The notes under the pieces: model-generated
Told to the model about the DNA's origin: nothing
Seen by the model: only the letters and a program-made list of their open reading frames with translations
Database searches by the model: none
Source: a virus
Reading direction: 5' to 3' (one strand)
DNA: 64,000 bases
IMG/VR virus record: IMGVR_UViG_3300022934_000003
Shown: positions 36,447 to 45,682 of the stretch, in pieces
How the letters are laid out: each line of letters starts with the position of its first letter
How positions within the stretch are numbered: position 1 is the stretch's first letter
Program-made: the position numbers and the translations under genes

Positions 36447-36470
36447 TGTTATACCTTTACTGTTTAGGTA

Positions 36471-36478
36471 TATTTATA
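36471..36478 (-). promoter_or_regulatory. T4 late promoter TATAAATA overlapping gp41 stop
   Basis: tatttata. Confidence 0.75.
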
Positions 36479-37862
36479 CAATGCCGCCTGCTGAGAATAA
36501 TGTTTTCTTAGATTGTCCAAAAGCTGGTCCATTTGGTGTTGTATTAGCAGTTGGATTATCATTTTGAATATTTTGTTGTGCATTATCTTCGAGATCATAT
36601 ATTTGCATTTTAGATCTATCAATACCAACTACAAATCTACGATAATAGTTCAAATCATTCCAACGATTTTTCAATTGTTTAAACATAATTTGGCCAAGAT
36701 TATCAAGATCTTCAGATGATATAATACCAAGTATACAATCCGCGGTATGAGTAATACCCATAGATTCTGAAGTATTTGTAAGATCTACATCAGAGTTTCC
36801 ATAAGCATCTCTATTATATTGAGAAGATGTTACAATAGCGCAATTAAACTCCATTGCAAGACCGCGAATTTCTTCTGCAATTGATTTTACAAGTGTATAA
36901 GAGTTTGCTTGAGCCGCACCTTTAACTCGAGATGAAGCACATATATTTAGATAATCAATAAAGATAACGTCTGGAGTAAATCCACGTTTCATCTTTAATT
37001 CATTTAATAGATGTCGGAAATGTCCAGCATGAGCAGAACCGGTTGGATATTCTTTTACAACAAGTTTACCAGTTGTTTTATCTTTAATACGATTAATTCG
37101 TTTTTCATATACATCTCTTGGCATAATTTTTAAATCATCAAGAGAAGTATCCATCATATTAGCATCGATACGCTCTGCAATTCTTTCCTCTGCCATTTCC
37201 ATAGTAATATAAACTACGTTCTTACCTTGCATTAGATAAGAAGCAGCCATATGACATTTGACGAGAGACTTACCACCGCCAGTCGTTGCAAGGAGTACTG
37301 ACATGGACTTACGTGGTAGCCCGCCCTTGGTAACTTTATTCAGCATCTCAATATCAAAAGGTAGTCGTTCTTCTTTTCTATGATAGAAGTCATAACGACT
37401 ATCAGCATCATCAATAAAATCATGACCAATCGAACTATCAAAACTGATGGAAAGAGACTTAGATAAAAGTTCGGGAATAGAACCTTTTTCATTTACTTTG
37501 TCTTCACCATCCATGATCAAAATTGCTTTACGAATAGAGTTAAACAAGTCTTTATCCTGGCAGAATTTCTCAGTTTCAGAAACTAGCCAGTCAATGTTTG
37601 TATCATTATCTAGAGCAAGAGAATCCACGGTGGACATAACTTCTTTATATCCATCTTCATTTAAATCTTTTCTCTTATCTAGTGAAATTTTGAGAGCCTC
37701 TATTGAAGGAGGCTCTTTAAATTCTTCTACGTATGTAGAATAGGTTTCAAATATTTTTTTCAGACTATTATCATCAAAGTACTCTACTTGTACATATGGA
37801 TATACTTTTCGATAATAGTCTTCATTAAATACTAGGTTTGATATTACTGTTTTTTCAATCAT
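36474..37862 (-). CDS. 41: replicative helicase (T4 gp41)
   Basis: ATTGGGKS, MEMAEERIAERID, VKEYPTGSAH, IDYLNIC, QLKNR. Confidence 0.97.
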   Translation of the reverse strand: MIEKTVISNLVFNEDYYRKVYPYVQVEYFDDNSLKKIFETYSTYVEEFKEPPSIEALKISLDKRKDLNEDGYKEVMSTVDSLALDNDTNIDWLVSETEKFCQDKDLFNSIRKAILIMDGEDKVNEKGSIPELLSKSLSISFDSSIGHDFIDDADSRYDFYHRKEERLPFDIEMLNKVTKGGLPRKSMSVLLATTGGGKSLVKCHMAASYLMQGKNVVYITMEMAEERIAERIDANMMDTSLDDLKIMPRDVYEKRINRIKDKTTGKLVVKEYPTGSAHAGHFRHLLNELKMKRGFTPDVIFIDYLNICASSRVKGAAQANSYTLVKSIAEEIRGLAMEFNCAIVTSSQYNRDAYGNSDVDLTNTSESMGITHTADCILGIISSEDLDNLGQIMFKQLKNRWNDLNYYRRFVVGIDRSKMQIYDLEDNAQQNIQNDNPTANTTPNGPAFGQSKKTLFSAGGIV

Positions 37863-38925
37863 CCTTTACGTCTTCAGTCACTGTTTCATCATCAGAGATT
37901 ATAACACTTCCTCCCACTGAAAAAGCATTTTTAATATAATCTTTAAAATCTGTATTATTAAATATTATATCCCAAAACTCTGGATTGTCAACTATTTCTT
38001 TCGCACGATAATTTTTATCGCCAGAAATAACTTCACCAGTAGATGGATCTACAGCTTGATACCAACCAACTTTTGGTTTGATAATATATCCACCTTTTTC
38101 AGCAACTTCCATAAGTCCAGATAGTTTTTGAATACCACCTTCCCAACTTACTGTAATAGGAATCTTAGATTTTTCTTTAACATGACGAGATTTTTCGATG
38201 TTAATTACAAAATGATAACCTTGAATTTCTGTACCAACTTTATCTTGTTGACGACCAATAATCCAAATTGCATCAGCTGAATAGTAAATACCTGTACCAC
38301 CAGACACAACATCTTTAGGGAATAATCCAATCTCTTTGTAAGTATGATTAACTGCAATAAGTGGAATATCTTTAAGATTTAAATGTGGTGTTACAATACG
38401 GAATAGAGATTTAAGTGCTTTAGCACGTGACATATCAGCAACTGATTTACCGTCAAGTGCATCTTCAACCTCTTTCTTAGATGCAAGGTTACCAACTGAA
38501 TCGATTACAATAATAACCTTCTCGCCTTTTTCAATCTTATCAAGTTGAGAAGTAATATCGAATTTAAGTTCTTCAGCATTTGTAACTGGAGTATGAACTG
38601 TACGATTCATGTCAATATCAAATGATTCGAAATAAGCTTGTGGTGTACCAAACTCTGAATCATAAAACAATAATACTGCATCTGGATTTCTTTTCATATA
38701 TGCTGAAGCCATTAAAAGAGCGAAAGCAGATTTGAAATGTTTAGATGGTCCAGCCAGAACAAGAAGTCCTGGAGTTAAACCACCATCTAAATTACCAGAT
38801 AATGCAACATTTACCATAGGCACTGATGTTGGTGCCATATCTTTTTTACCAAAAACTTTTGACTCTGCAATAGGAGCAGTCATTTTAATGGTACTATTTT
38901 TTACAATCTTATCTAATAGACTCAT
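37855..38925 (-). CDS. uvsX: RecA-like recombinase
   Basis: AGPSKHFKS, YDSEFG, DSVGNLASKKE, DMSRAK, SGGTG. Confidence 0.97.
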   Translation of the reverse strand: MSLLDKIVKNSTIKMTAPIAESKVFGKKDMAPTSVPMVNVALSGNLDGGLTPGLLVLAGPSKHFKSAFALLMASAYMKRNPDAVLLFYDSEFGTPQAYFESFDIDMNRTVHTPVTNAEELKFDITSQLDKIEKGEKVIIVIDSVGNLASKKEVEDALDGKSVADMSRAKALKSLFRIVTPHLNLKDIPLIAVNHTYKEIGLFPKDVVSGGTGIYYSADAIWIIGRQQDKVGTEIQGYHFVINIEKSRHVKEKSKIPITVSWEGGIQKLSGLMEVAEKGGYIIKPKVGWYQAVDPSTGEVISGDKNYRAKEIVDNPEFWDIIFNNTDFKDYIKNAFSVGGSVIISDDETVTEDVKDD

Positions 38926-39254
38926 TAAGACCCTCCATCTACAATTGTTAATAGTTTTGCTTTATAGGCATTAATCTTTGAAACACGATCAGGCCAATAA
39001 ATTGTTGACTTATCCGCATTTTGACATAAATTGTCTAAAAACGGTGTTATTGATTTATATAAAAGTTCTAGACGATATTCAAGGTCGTCAGCTTTTACTT
39101 TAGCGTCAGTTAATTGATCTTCTAAAGTTTGCTTTTCGCTACTGACTTGTTGAATGGTTTCTTCGGCCGCAGCTTGTTTTTCTTCGAGTTCCTCGTCGAT
39201 AAAGCTGAAGCCAAAGTCAAAGTCTAAGAGCTCCTCGTAGGTTTTATTAGCCAT
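38925..39254 (-). CDS. conserved hypothetical coiled-coil protein
   Basis: DFDFGFSF...IYWPDR. Confidence 0.65.
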   Translation of the reverse strand: MANKTYEELLDFDFGFSFIDEELEEKQAAAEETIQQVSSEKQTLEDQLTDAKVKADDLEYRLELLYKSITPFLDNLCQNADKSTIYWPDRVSKINAYKAKLLTIVDGGS

Positions 39255-40179
39255 TTGCTAGTTCCTTAAAAATTGAAAGATCATCGTCATCATCTGCCAT
39301 ATTCATTGCTGATGACTCTTGAGGTGCAGCAGGAGCTTCTGGAGCAGATGCTACTTTCTCATTATTACCCATTTTACTTAGATCTAGATCATCTGCTTCA
39401 ATATTATCTTCTGCTGTAGAAGGTTCAATTGGAGCTTCACCAAGTGCAAGTACACGGTGTAATTTTGCTTTCAATTCAGAATAAGATTTAAAATTCTTAG
39501 GATCAATCAAATCTTGCAATGAATGCTCTTGATTATAAATCGATTCTAACACTGCATCATCTTCAGATAGAGGTGATGGAGCTTCGAACTCAGATTTATC
39601 ATAGTTAGGATAACCTTCGAACTGACGAATCTTAAGACGGAAATTAGCACCTTCCCATAGATCAAATGGATTTACTGGTGTTTCATCTTCGAATTGTGGA
39701 TTCATAAGATCATTCAATTTATCAAAGATCTTTTTACCAAACTGATAAAGGAATACTTTACCGTCATTTGCTGGATTAGCAGAATCTTTAATAACTTGGA
39801 TATTAGCGACATATTTCAAACGACGCTTTTGTTTACGTGCTTGTTCTTTATCAGCTTCAACACCACTATTCCAAAGTTTACCATTGTATTCTGATACAGG
39901 ATCATCTTGATTTAAAGTAGTAAGAGAATTTTCGATATACCAAAGACCCGTAGGACCTTGGAAACCGTGATCCCAGATACGTACAAAAGGCATTTCTTCA
40001 CCATTAGGTGCTGGCAAGAAACGAATGATTGCAAAACCATTACCTGCTTGATCGCGAGTTGGCTTCCAAAACTTTCCTTCGTTAGGATCTGAGTAAGATT
40101 TTTGTGAAATGTTTTCTAGTTGTTTGTTCAGTTTATCGAGCGAAGCTGAACGATTCTTTTTGAGTGCGTCGAATGACAT
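39247..40179 (-). CDS. 32: ssDNA-binding protein (T4 gp32)
   Basis: GNGFAIIRFLP, WYIENS, FGKKIFDK, GANFRLK, NYDKSEF, acidic tail. Confidence 0.97.
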   Translation of the reverse strand: MSFDALKKNRSASLDKLNKQLENISQKSYSDPNEGKFWKPTRDQAGNGFAIIRFLPAPNGEEMPFVRIWDHGFQGPTGLWYIENSLTTLNQDDPVSEYNGKLWNSGVEADKEQARKQKRRLKYVANIQVIKDSANPANDGKVFLYQFGKKIFDKLNDLMNPQFEDETPVNPFDLWEGANFRLKIRQFEGYPNYDKSEFEAPSPLSEDDAVLESIYNQEHSLQDLIDPKNFKSYSELKAKLHRVLALGEAPIEPSTAEDNIEADDLDLSKMGNNEKVASAPEAPAAPQESSAMNMADDDDDLSIFKELANG

Positions 40180-40185
40180 ATCATT

Positions 40186-40243
40186 TCTCCTTATATTGCG
40201 TTGTATTTTTATATTGCGTTATATACGTAGGATAACCTACATA
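40186..40243 (-). promoter_or_regulatory. gene 32 leader: hairpin plus two AACGCAATATAA repeats (putative translational operator)
   Basis: stem 40224-40231/40236-40243; 12-bp repeats at 40191-40202 and 40209-40220 next to AGGAGA RBS. Confidence 0.55.
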
Positions 40244-40245
40244 CT

Positions 40246-40253
40246 TATTTATA
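40246..40253 (-). promoter_or_regulatory. T4 late promoter TATAAATA for gene 32
   Basis: tatttata, intergenic. Confidence 0.75.
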
Positions 40254-40853
40254 TCAGAAAAAACGTTCACGTATAATTTTTTTGAACTTTTTTTCGTCAA
40301 TTTCTAAAAATGGTGAATAATTTTTTATTAGTTTAATTATATCACCTGCTATGAATTTGTCAACTATTTTTTCTTCCCAATATGGAAATATATTAGAAAT
40401 CTTTGCTAATATAGTTAACGTCTCCAAACTAATTTTTCTTTGCATATATGCAGTAATTACATATGGATGTTGCCCGTCTACTGATACAAAGTTTTGTTGA
40501 TAATTATCTTGTAAATTATTCAAATCTGTTTTAAATACTTTTGATAGTGATTGTATTTTCTTTTTCCATTCAATATATCTTTCTTCACCATCTTGTTCTA
40601 TAATTTCTCTTATCCAAACATTTGGTTTTACTATCATATTAGCAACCATTAGATTTATAGGATCATCTTTATTTGATAATTTTTCAAAGAAATAACAATC
40701 ATTTCTAGTACGATACTTATCAAAATTTGCTCTTATTTTTCCATTATACTTATGGAAATCATAATCGCTTGAAAAATGTTGTTTGAGTGCTAAATATTTT
40801 ACGTAATACTCAAACGACTTTTCATTAGCATAACTTAGTGATGTCTGTATCAT
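40254..40853 (-). CDS. 59: helicase loader (T4 gp59)
   Basis: YLALKQHF..DYDFHKYNGK, ISLETL; gene order 33-59-32. Confidence 0.9.
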   Translation of the reverse strand: MIQTSLSYANEKSFEYYVKYLALKQHFSSDYDFHKYNGKIRANFDKYRTRNDCYFFEKLSNKDDPINLMVANMIVKPNVWIREIIEQDGEERYIEWKKKIQSLSKVFKTDLNNLQDNYQQNFVSVDGQHPYVITAYMQRKISLETLTILAKISNIFPYWEEKIVDKFIAGDIIKLIKNYSPFLEIDEKKFKKIIRERFF

Positions 40854-41061
40854 CTGAATGTACCATCCTCAGCTCAACTGCTTCGGTCTTTATTTTTTCC
40901 TTTAATATGGTTGATTTCTTAACAATATCTGCTATAACTTCTATTTCTATTTCATTAATTCTAGCATATTCACATAGAGCATCTATATAACTTACACCTT
41001 TCTTTAACATGCCTTCTATTTCATGATGAATCCTTTCTGGAGTTTTTGGCGTGACTAACAT
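40825..41061 (-). CDS. 33: late transcription coactivator (T4 gp33)
   Basis: SYIDALCEY...LKEKIKTEA; gene order. Confidence 0.88.
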   Translation of the reverse strand: MLVTPKTPERIHHEIEGMLKKGVSYIDALCEYARINEIEIEVIADIVKKSTILKEKIKTEAVELRMVHSDDTDITKLC

Positions 41062-41063
41062 AA

Positions 41064-41285
41064 TTATCCTTTAAGTGTTTTAATACCATCAAGCCAATTT
41101 TCTGCAGCATCTTCTGCCCATTGACGAGATTTTAAAGGGTACATTTCTTCTGCCACTAACTCTTCATTAATATAAAATTTACACGAAGATCCATCCGAAC
41201 TTTCAAAAATTTCTACTTTTAATGTTTTACCATCTCTTTCTTTAAGTAATGTGTTTGGCCACATCCCTGATGTTGTCATACCCAC
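41064..41285 (-). CDS. conserved hypothetical protein
   Basis: KSRQWAEDAAENW; AGGAG RBS with GTG start. Confidence 0.65.
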   Translation of the reverse strand: MGMTTSGMWPNTLLKERDGKTLKVEIFESSDGSSCKFYINEELVAEEMYPLKSRQWAEDAAENWLDGIKTLKG

Positions 41286-41319
41286 TTTTGTCTCCTTTTA
41301 TTAATTCGATTATATATCT

Positions 41320-41347
41320 ATTATATACTAATTTTCTGTAATGTCAA
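41320..41347 (-). promoter_or_regulatory. sigma70-type promoter TTGACA-N16-TATAAT
   Basis: tgtcaa 41342-41347, attata 41320-41325. Confidence 0.7.
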
Positions 41348-42029
41348 CTATTTCTTCAAATAAAATATTGTTTATATACTTATCTTTTAACTCTTCAGAA
41401 ATACCCATCTTTAAAATAGAATTGTGTAAGTGTGGATTTTTCTTTTGATTAATACAATATTTGTTTAAATGCTCGGTAGTATCTCTGTCTTCATCTGCTG
41501 CATGAGCAAACATATTATTTAAATAATAATCAGTTAATTCTTCAGTTACTTTAATAAATTGATCTAATTCTTCTCCAACTCTAATATTACCTACTGCAAT
41601 CATATCTTCTGAAAATATTTCTAAAGCCCAATCAGGTAATTCACGAGATCTTTTCCATTCTAATTTAGAAACAACTTCTTTCATATGTGTATTATATGGA
41701 TGATCATAACCATGCAATGGAGAATAATCCATAAAAGAACCTGTAATCTTATTTGGTCCTGCAACAATATCAAATCCTAAAATAGGTAGTTCAATACCAA
41801 CTTTTGGATAAATGTTAATATGCATTAACCAAAGCTTTTGTGTTTCTCTATTATCAATTATTTTAAGGTGCGCTTTACGAATAAAACAAGATTTCCAAAA
41901 TAAATCTTTCCAACCTTCAAACTTTAAATCATCGGTATATAGAGGATTATCAATTCTAGTCATATGACGATCAAAGGTTAACTCTAATCGTTTAGCATAC
42001 TTATCTAATTGTTCCCATAAATCGGACAT
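41328..42029 (-). CDS. ferredoxin-dependent bilin reductase (PcyA/PcyX-like)
   Basis: RKAH, WLMH..YP, LPILGFDIV, DYSP, RELPDWALEIFS, YCINQKKNPH; His70/Asp87. Confidence 0.88.
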   Translation of the reverse strand: MSDLWEQLDKYAKRLELTFDRHMTRIDNPLYTDDLKFEGWKDLFWKSCFIRKAHLKIIDNRETQKLWLMHINIYPKVGIELPILGFDIVAGPNKITGSFMDYSPLHGYDHPYNTHMKEVVSKLEWKRSRELPDWALEIFSEDMIAVGNIRVGEELDQFIKVTEELTDYYLNNMFAHAADEDRDTTEHLNKYCINQKKNPHLHNSILKMGISEELKDKYINNILFEEIVDITEN

Positions 42030-42712
42030 TTCTTTCTTTCCTTATACGCATCCATAAATTTTTGTGGAGCACTTAATTGAGATAAACTATTATATTCTTC
42101 TTTAGAAACAACATGAGTTTTAATTTCAACTTTTTTATCAGTCATAGGAAGTAAATATACCATTGCAGTGCCAACTTCAAAAAAGTAATTTTTACTTCGT
42201 TCTAAAAACATATTAATATGTGTTGAATGTTGATACTTATAATTTACAATACCTGGTGGAATTTGTAATGGTTGTTTATTAAAAGAATAAAAACCTTGTA
42301 TTTGACAAAAATTTACTCCAGTTTTTTCTTTTAATATCCAAGGAGATTTAATCTTAGCATGTACTAATGGATCAAATGCTCCTTGTAAATGATAATCTGG
42401 ATGTTGCTCCATGCCATAATTATATGGAGGAGACGGATATTTCCATTCATAAATTCCATCGTCATTTACTATAATACTTAAGTCTGCCCATAAAGGTAGA
42501 GCAAATGTATTATTAATTAAATCTCCAATTCCATCACATTTTTTAAATGTAGAAACTTTTAAATGATGATTATCTTCATCTATATTATGTACCGGTTTTA
42601 ATTTTTTAAACCAGTCTGGAAGATATTTTGATGTTTTTTCTATTGGATACTTTGCAATATTTTCATTGAAAGTAAATGCATCAACTACTATCTTTTTCTT
42701 TTTGAATATCAT
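42005..42712 (-). CDS. conserved phage protein (DUF6065-like beta fold)
   Basis: PDWFKKL, TFKKCDGI, LPLWAD, KIKSPW, PPGIV. Confidence 0.6.
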   Translation of the reverse strand: MIFKKKKIVVDAFTFNENIAKYPIEKTSKYLPDWFKKLKPVHNIDEDNHHLKVSTFKKCDGIGDLINNTFALPLWADLSIIVNDDGIYEWKYPSPPYNYGMEQHPDYHLQGAFDPLVHAKIKSPWILKEKTGVNFCQIQGFYSFNKQPLQIPPGIVNYKYQHSTHINMFLERSKNYFFEVGTAMVYLLPMTDKKVEIKTHVVSKEEYNSLSQLSAPQKFMDAYKERKKCPIYGNN

Positions 42713-42872
42713 CTATTTTACTAAGCTTCCAAGAAGTTTTCGTATCATCAATTGGTTCCCATTTTAAATTATCACCCCATGTCCAACCAAGTTCTTCCAA
42801 TACTTGTTCTTCTAATTCAAAATACAGGTTTCCTTCATTATCTTGTTGAATTTTCTGTGTAAACTTTCTCAT
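42681..42872 (-). CDS. AbrB/MazE-like small protein
   Basis: GNLYFELEEQVLEELGWTWGDNLKW. Confidence 0.6.
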   Translation of the reverse strand: MRKFTQKIQQDNEGNLYFELEEQVLEELGWTWGDNLKWEPIDDTKTSWKLSKIDDIQKEKDSS

Positions 42873-43063
42873 TACTTTTTCTTCTTCGCTCTATGCGCTT
42901 TGGCCCATTCATTTTGTGTGCGGGTTACTACTACTTCTTTTGTTTTATGACGACGCTCGCGGGCAGCTTCGTCTCTCTGCATTCTCGTGGATTTTGATTT
43001 ATCTTTTTCTAGATATTCTGGAATGTAATCTAAGTCTTCGTTGATTTCTGCTGATAAAATCAT
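42872..43063 (-). CDS. hypothetical protein
   Basis: ORF with AAGGAGG RBS after a promoter. Confidence 0.6.
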   Translation of the reverse strand: MILSAEINEDLDYIPEYLEKDKSKSTRMQRDEAARERRHKTKEVVVTRTQNEWAKAHRAKKKK

Positions 43064-43098
43064 ATCTCCTCCTTATATTATTTGCAGTTTATATCTTT

Positions 43099-43127
43099 AT
43101 TATATACTATAATAATATAAATGTCAA
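43099..43127 (-). promoter_or_regulatory. sigma70-type promoter
   Basis: tgtcaa 43122-43127, attata 43099-43104, 17-bp spacer. Confidence 0.85.
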
Positions 43128-43700
43128 CTATTTTTTCATCATTTCTGACATTTCATCAAAAAGCTGTGATGCGAAATCAAAACAAACTTTTGCTTCATCT
43201 GCCATATCATCATTTAATAGTTTTCTAAATTCTGAAATAAGGACTTTTGTATCTCCATTAAATTCGTACATCATACCTGAACCTGGAGTTTTGTTTTTGA
43301 TAATTTGACCACCATGCAATTCACCAAAATGACGCACATACATATGTGCTAATAGTCTCTCATTATCATTTGCTATTTCATTAATATAACTTTCATATTG
43401 ATCTACTGAAGGTGGGAACTTTCCGTTTGGTGAAAATCCGTATTCTGATTCAAGCTCACGAATATCTTGAAAGATACGATCAGATCTACGAATTGGATAA
43501 AGATGTTCTGGAATTTTACAGTGTTTTTCTAATACTTGATAATTTAAAAATTGGCATTGTAAAAATTTATAATAGATTTCTGTATCGATTGAGCCACTAA
43601 TAAGTTCTTTTGCAAAAGCTCTTCGCTCTGCTGATTGATGATGAGCCCATGTAAGCTCTTTAAGTTTACTTTGTTGACCTTCCACATTGTGCATATTCAT
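43128..43700 (-). CDS. hemO: heme oxygenase
   Basis: LKELTWAHHQSAE, LLAHMYVRHFGELHGGQ, EAKVCF; AATAAATA at 43714-43721. Confidence 0.92.
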   Translation of the reverse strand: MNMHNVEGQQSKLKELTWAHHQSAERRAFAKELISGSIDTEIYYKFLQCQFLNYQVLEKHCKIPEHLYPIRRSDRIFQDIRELESEYGFSPNGKFPPSVDQYESYINEIANDNERLLAHMYVRHFGELHGGQIIKNKTPGSGMMYEFNGDTKVLISEFRKLLNDDMADEAKVCFDFASQLFDEMSEMMKK

Positions 43701-43712
43701 TCTCCTTTAATA

Positions 43713-44384
43713 TTATTTATTCCATCGCCATGTTAATCTTGGAGAAATTAAATCTTTCATTTCAAACTCACTCCATTTGGCTACTTCTTTTTGTATTTTT
43801 AAATGTTCGGGTGTCATTTTTGTAGTATCTGTATAACTCCAATCAATTTCTGTAGTTTTAAGACCATATTGGGCACCTAATAATTTTATATATTCTTCTG
43901 AATCATGTATAGATAATGTACCTGGCGCGATTCTATTACAGTGTGCTACAATAGTTCCATTATCTTTAATTAACTCAGACATTATTTCTGTTTGTTTTTC
44001 TCCATCATTAGATTGAAATTGATACACGCCAAAATTAAAAATCCAATCTGCAGATTTGGGTTTAAAATAATTTAATGCATTATGTATATCATCTACAATA
44101 TCTACTTTAGGATGAGGTGTAATATCTATTCCAATAAGATTATCTATGTAATCTTTAAATAAATTTCCACCACAACCAAAATCAATTACTAAATCTGGTT
44201 TACTTGCTTGAACTTCTAATGCTAAGTCCAATCCAGACTTTTGTCGATATAATGCTAATTCTCTTTTGCGAAATTCTTCCTCGCAATTATATCTAGCAAT
44301 AATCTTTTCTAATGTATCTAAATCTCTACTTTTAAGCAAATTATTCTCCAAATGTAATTTGTTTAAATCTAAATTTACTATCAA
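43713..44384 (-). CDS. class I SAM methyltransferase-like protein (paralog 4)
   Basis: IDFGCGGNLFKDYIDNLIGID. Confidence 0.7.
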   Translation of the reverse strand: MIVNLDLNKLHLENNLLKSRDLDTLEKIIARYNCEEEFRKRELALYRQKSGLDLALEVQASKPDLVIDFGCGGNLFKDYIDNLIGIDITPHPKVDIVDDIHNALNYFKPKSADWIFNFGVYQFQSNDGEKQTEIMSELIKDNGTIVAHCNRIAPGTLSIHDSEEYIKLLGAQYGLKTTEIDWSYTDTTKMTPEHLKIQKEVAKWSEFEMKDLISPRLTWRWNK

Positions 44385-44862
44385 TAACTAATTTAATTAT
44401 TTTAACAATATCATCAGTATGCATTTTTTCTTTATCTGGAAATCTTCCTTCTACTCTTGGTGTATCAATTAATCCTGGTTTAAGTATACAAGTATTAAAA
44501 CCAATATTATATAATTGAGCATTAGCATGTTCAAGTGCTGCTTTCCAAGTAGAATAAGGACGGATTTCTTGTTTTTCCCCGTCAGAACTAATAGATCCCA
44601 TATTAATTATTTTACCTTTAAAATTATTTTTAGCAAGAAAATGTAATAAATCTATTTGATAATTTTTTTCGTGTGCATTATTAATAACAACATCAAATTC
44701 TAATAATTTATTATACCATGTTTTATCAGAAATATCATGCTCGTTTTGTCTTGAAAACCCAATCGCTAATGCATCGGCTTCATTAAGATAAGCTTGATAT
44801 ATGGCTTTTCCAATTCCTTCTGTATGTCCAGTTATTGCTATTTTCATTATATTCTTTCCCAA
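44341..44862 (-). CDS. short-chain dehydrogenase-like protein
   Basis: ITGHTEGIG, INNAH, INMGS, YSTWK, PGLIDT. Confidence 0.8.
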   Translation of the reverse strand: MGKNIMKIAITGHTEGIGKAIYQAYLNEADALAIGFSRQNEHDISDKTWYNKLLEFDVVINNAHEKNYQIDLLHFLAKNNFKGKIINMGSISSDGEKQEIRPYSTWKAALEHANAQLYNIGFNTCILKPGLIDTPRVEGRFPDKEKMHTDDIVKIIKLVIDSKFRFKQITFGE

Positions 44863-45215
44863 GTATGTTCGCTTGTCAATTTAAAACTTCCATGATGTTC
44901 CATATTCCATCTTTCTGGTTCAATCATACTTAAAAATAAACCATCATTACTCATATACAAATGATAAGTTCTACCAACAACTGGATTAAAACTAAATTTA
45001 GAATTATAAACCATTTCAGTATCTTCTGCTAGTTGAGATAATCTAAAGTATTCTTTTTTTAATTCTTCAAAATGCGTTGTTAATTGATTTCTTGCATTTG
45101 CTCCTCGCTCTCTTTTCTTTGTTAGAACTGCAGGAACAGTAAACGCTGGCGCGCCAACATTAGTTGGATATTGTGTTAATCCTGGTGCATCCACTACGTT
45201 ATCTGGCTTTTTCAT
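44847..45215 (-). CDS. DUF2452-like protein
   Basis: YPTNVGAPAF, FNPVVGRTYHLY, FLSMIEP..W. Confidence 0.75.
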   Translation of the reverse strand: MKKPDNVVDAPGLTQYPTNVGAPAFTVPAVLTKKRERGANARNQLTTHFEELKKEYFRLSQLAEDTEMVYNSKFSFNPVVGRTYHLYMSNDGLFLSMIEPERWNMEHHGSFKLTSEHTWERI

Positions 45216-45682
45216 ATATTTCCAACTAAATGTAAACGATTCCCCTCGTCATTTCTACCATTAAATGCAGTATGCTTTTGTCTTGTATCTACTTCATATA
45301 AACTTCCATCAGCGGGCATATGAAATACTAAATCTTCAAATGCAAATTTACATTTTCGATGTGTTATGATTGGAATATGATATCTAAATGTACGATCTTT
45401 ATGCCAAGAATAACAAGTATGAGGCTTTAATATTAGTAATCTCGTCCTATATATTTTGTTTTCTTCTAATATTGAATTAATATATGGAATATCAAATAAT
45501 GGATATTTAAATGAATCTTCTGGATATTTTAAATTTTCAATTTTTCCTAAACATTCATTATAATCAGAATCTGGATTTATACCTTGTAAGCACAATTCTT
45601 TTTCAAAATATGGAAGAGTTTCTATCTCTTCTTTTATTTTATTTAAATCGTATTTTTTTATTATTTTACAATACTTATTCAT
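45212..45682 (-). CDS. Asp/Asn beta-hydroxylase-like 2OG-Fe(II) oxygenase
   Basis: YSWHKD, RYHIPI, HTAFN, RLHLV. Confidence 0.75.
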   Translation of the reverse strand: MNKYCKIIKKYDLNKIKEEIETLPYFEKELCLQGINPDSDYNECLGKIENLKYPEDSFKYPLFDIPYINSILEENKIYRTRLLILKPHTCYSWHKDRTFRYHIPIITHRKCKFAFEDLVFHMPADGSLYEVDTRQKHTAFNGRNDEGNRLHLVGNI

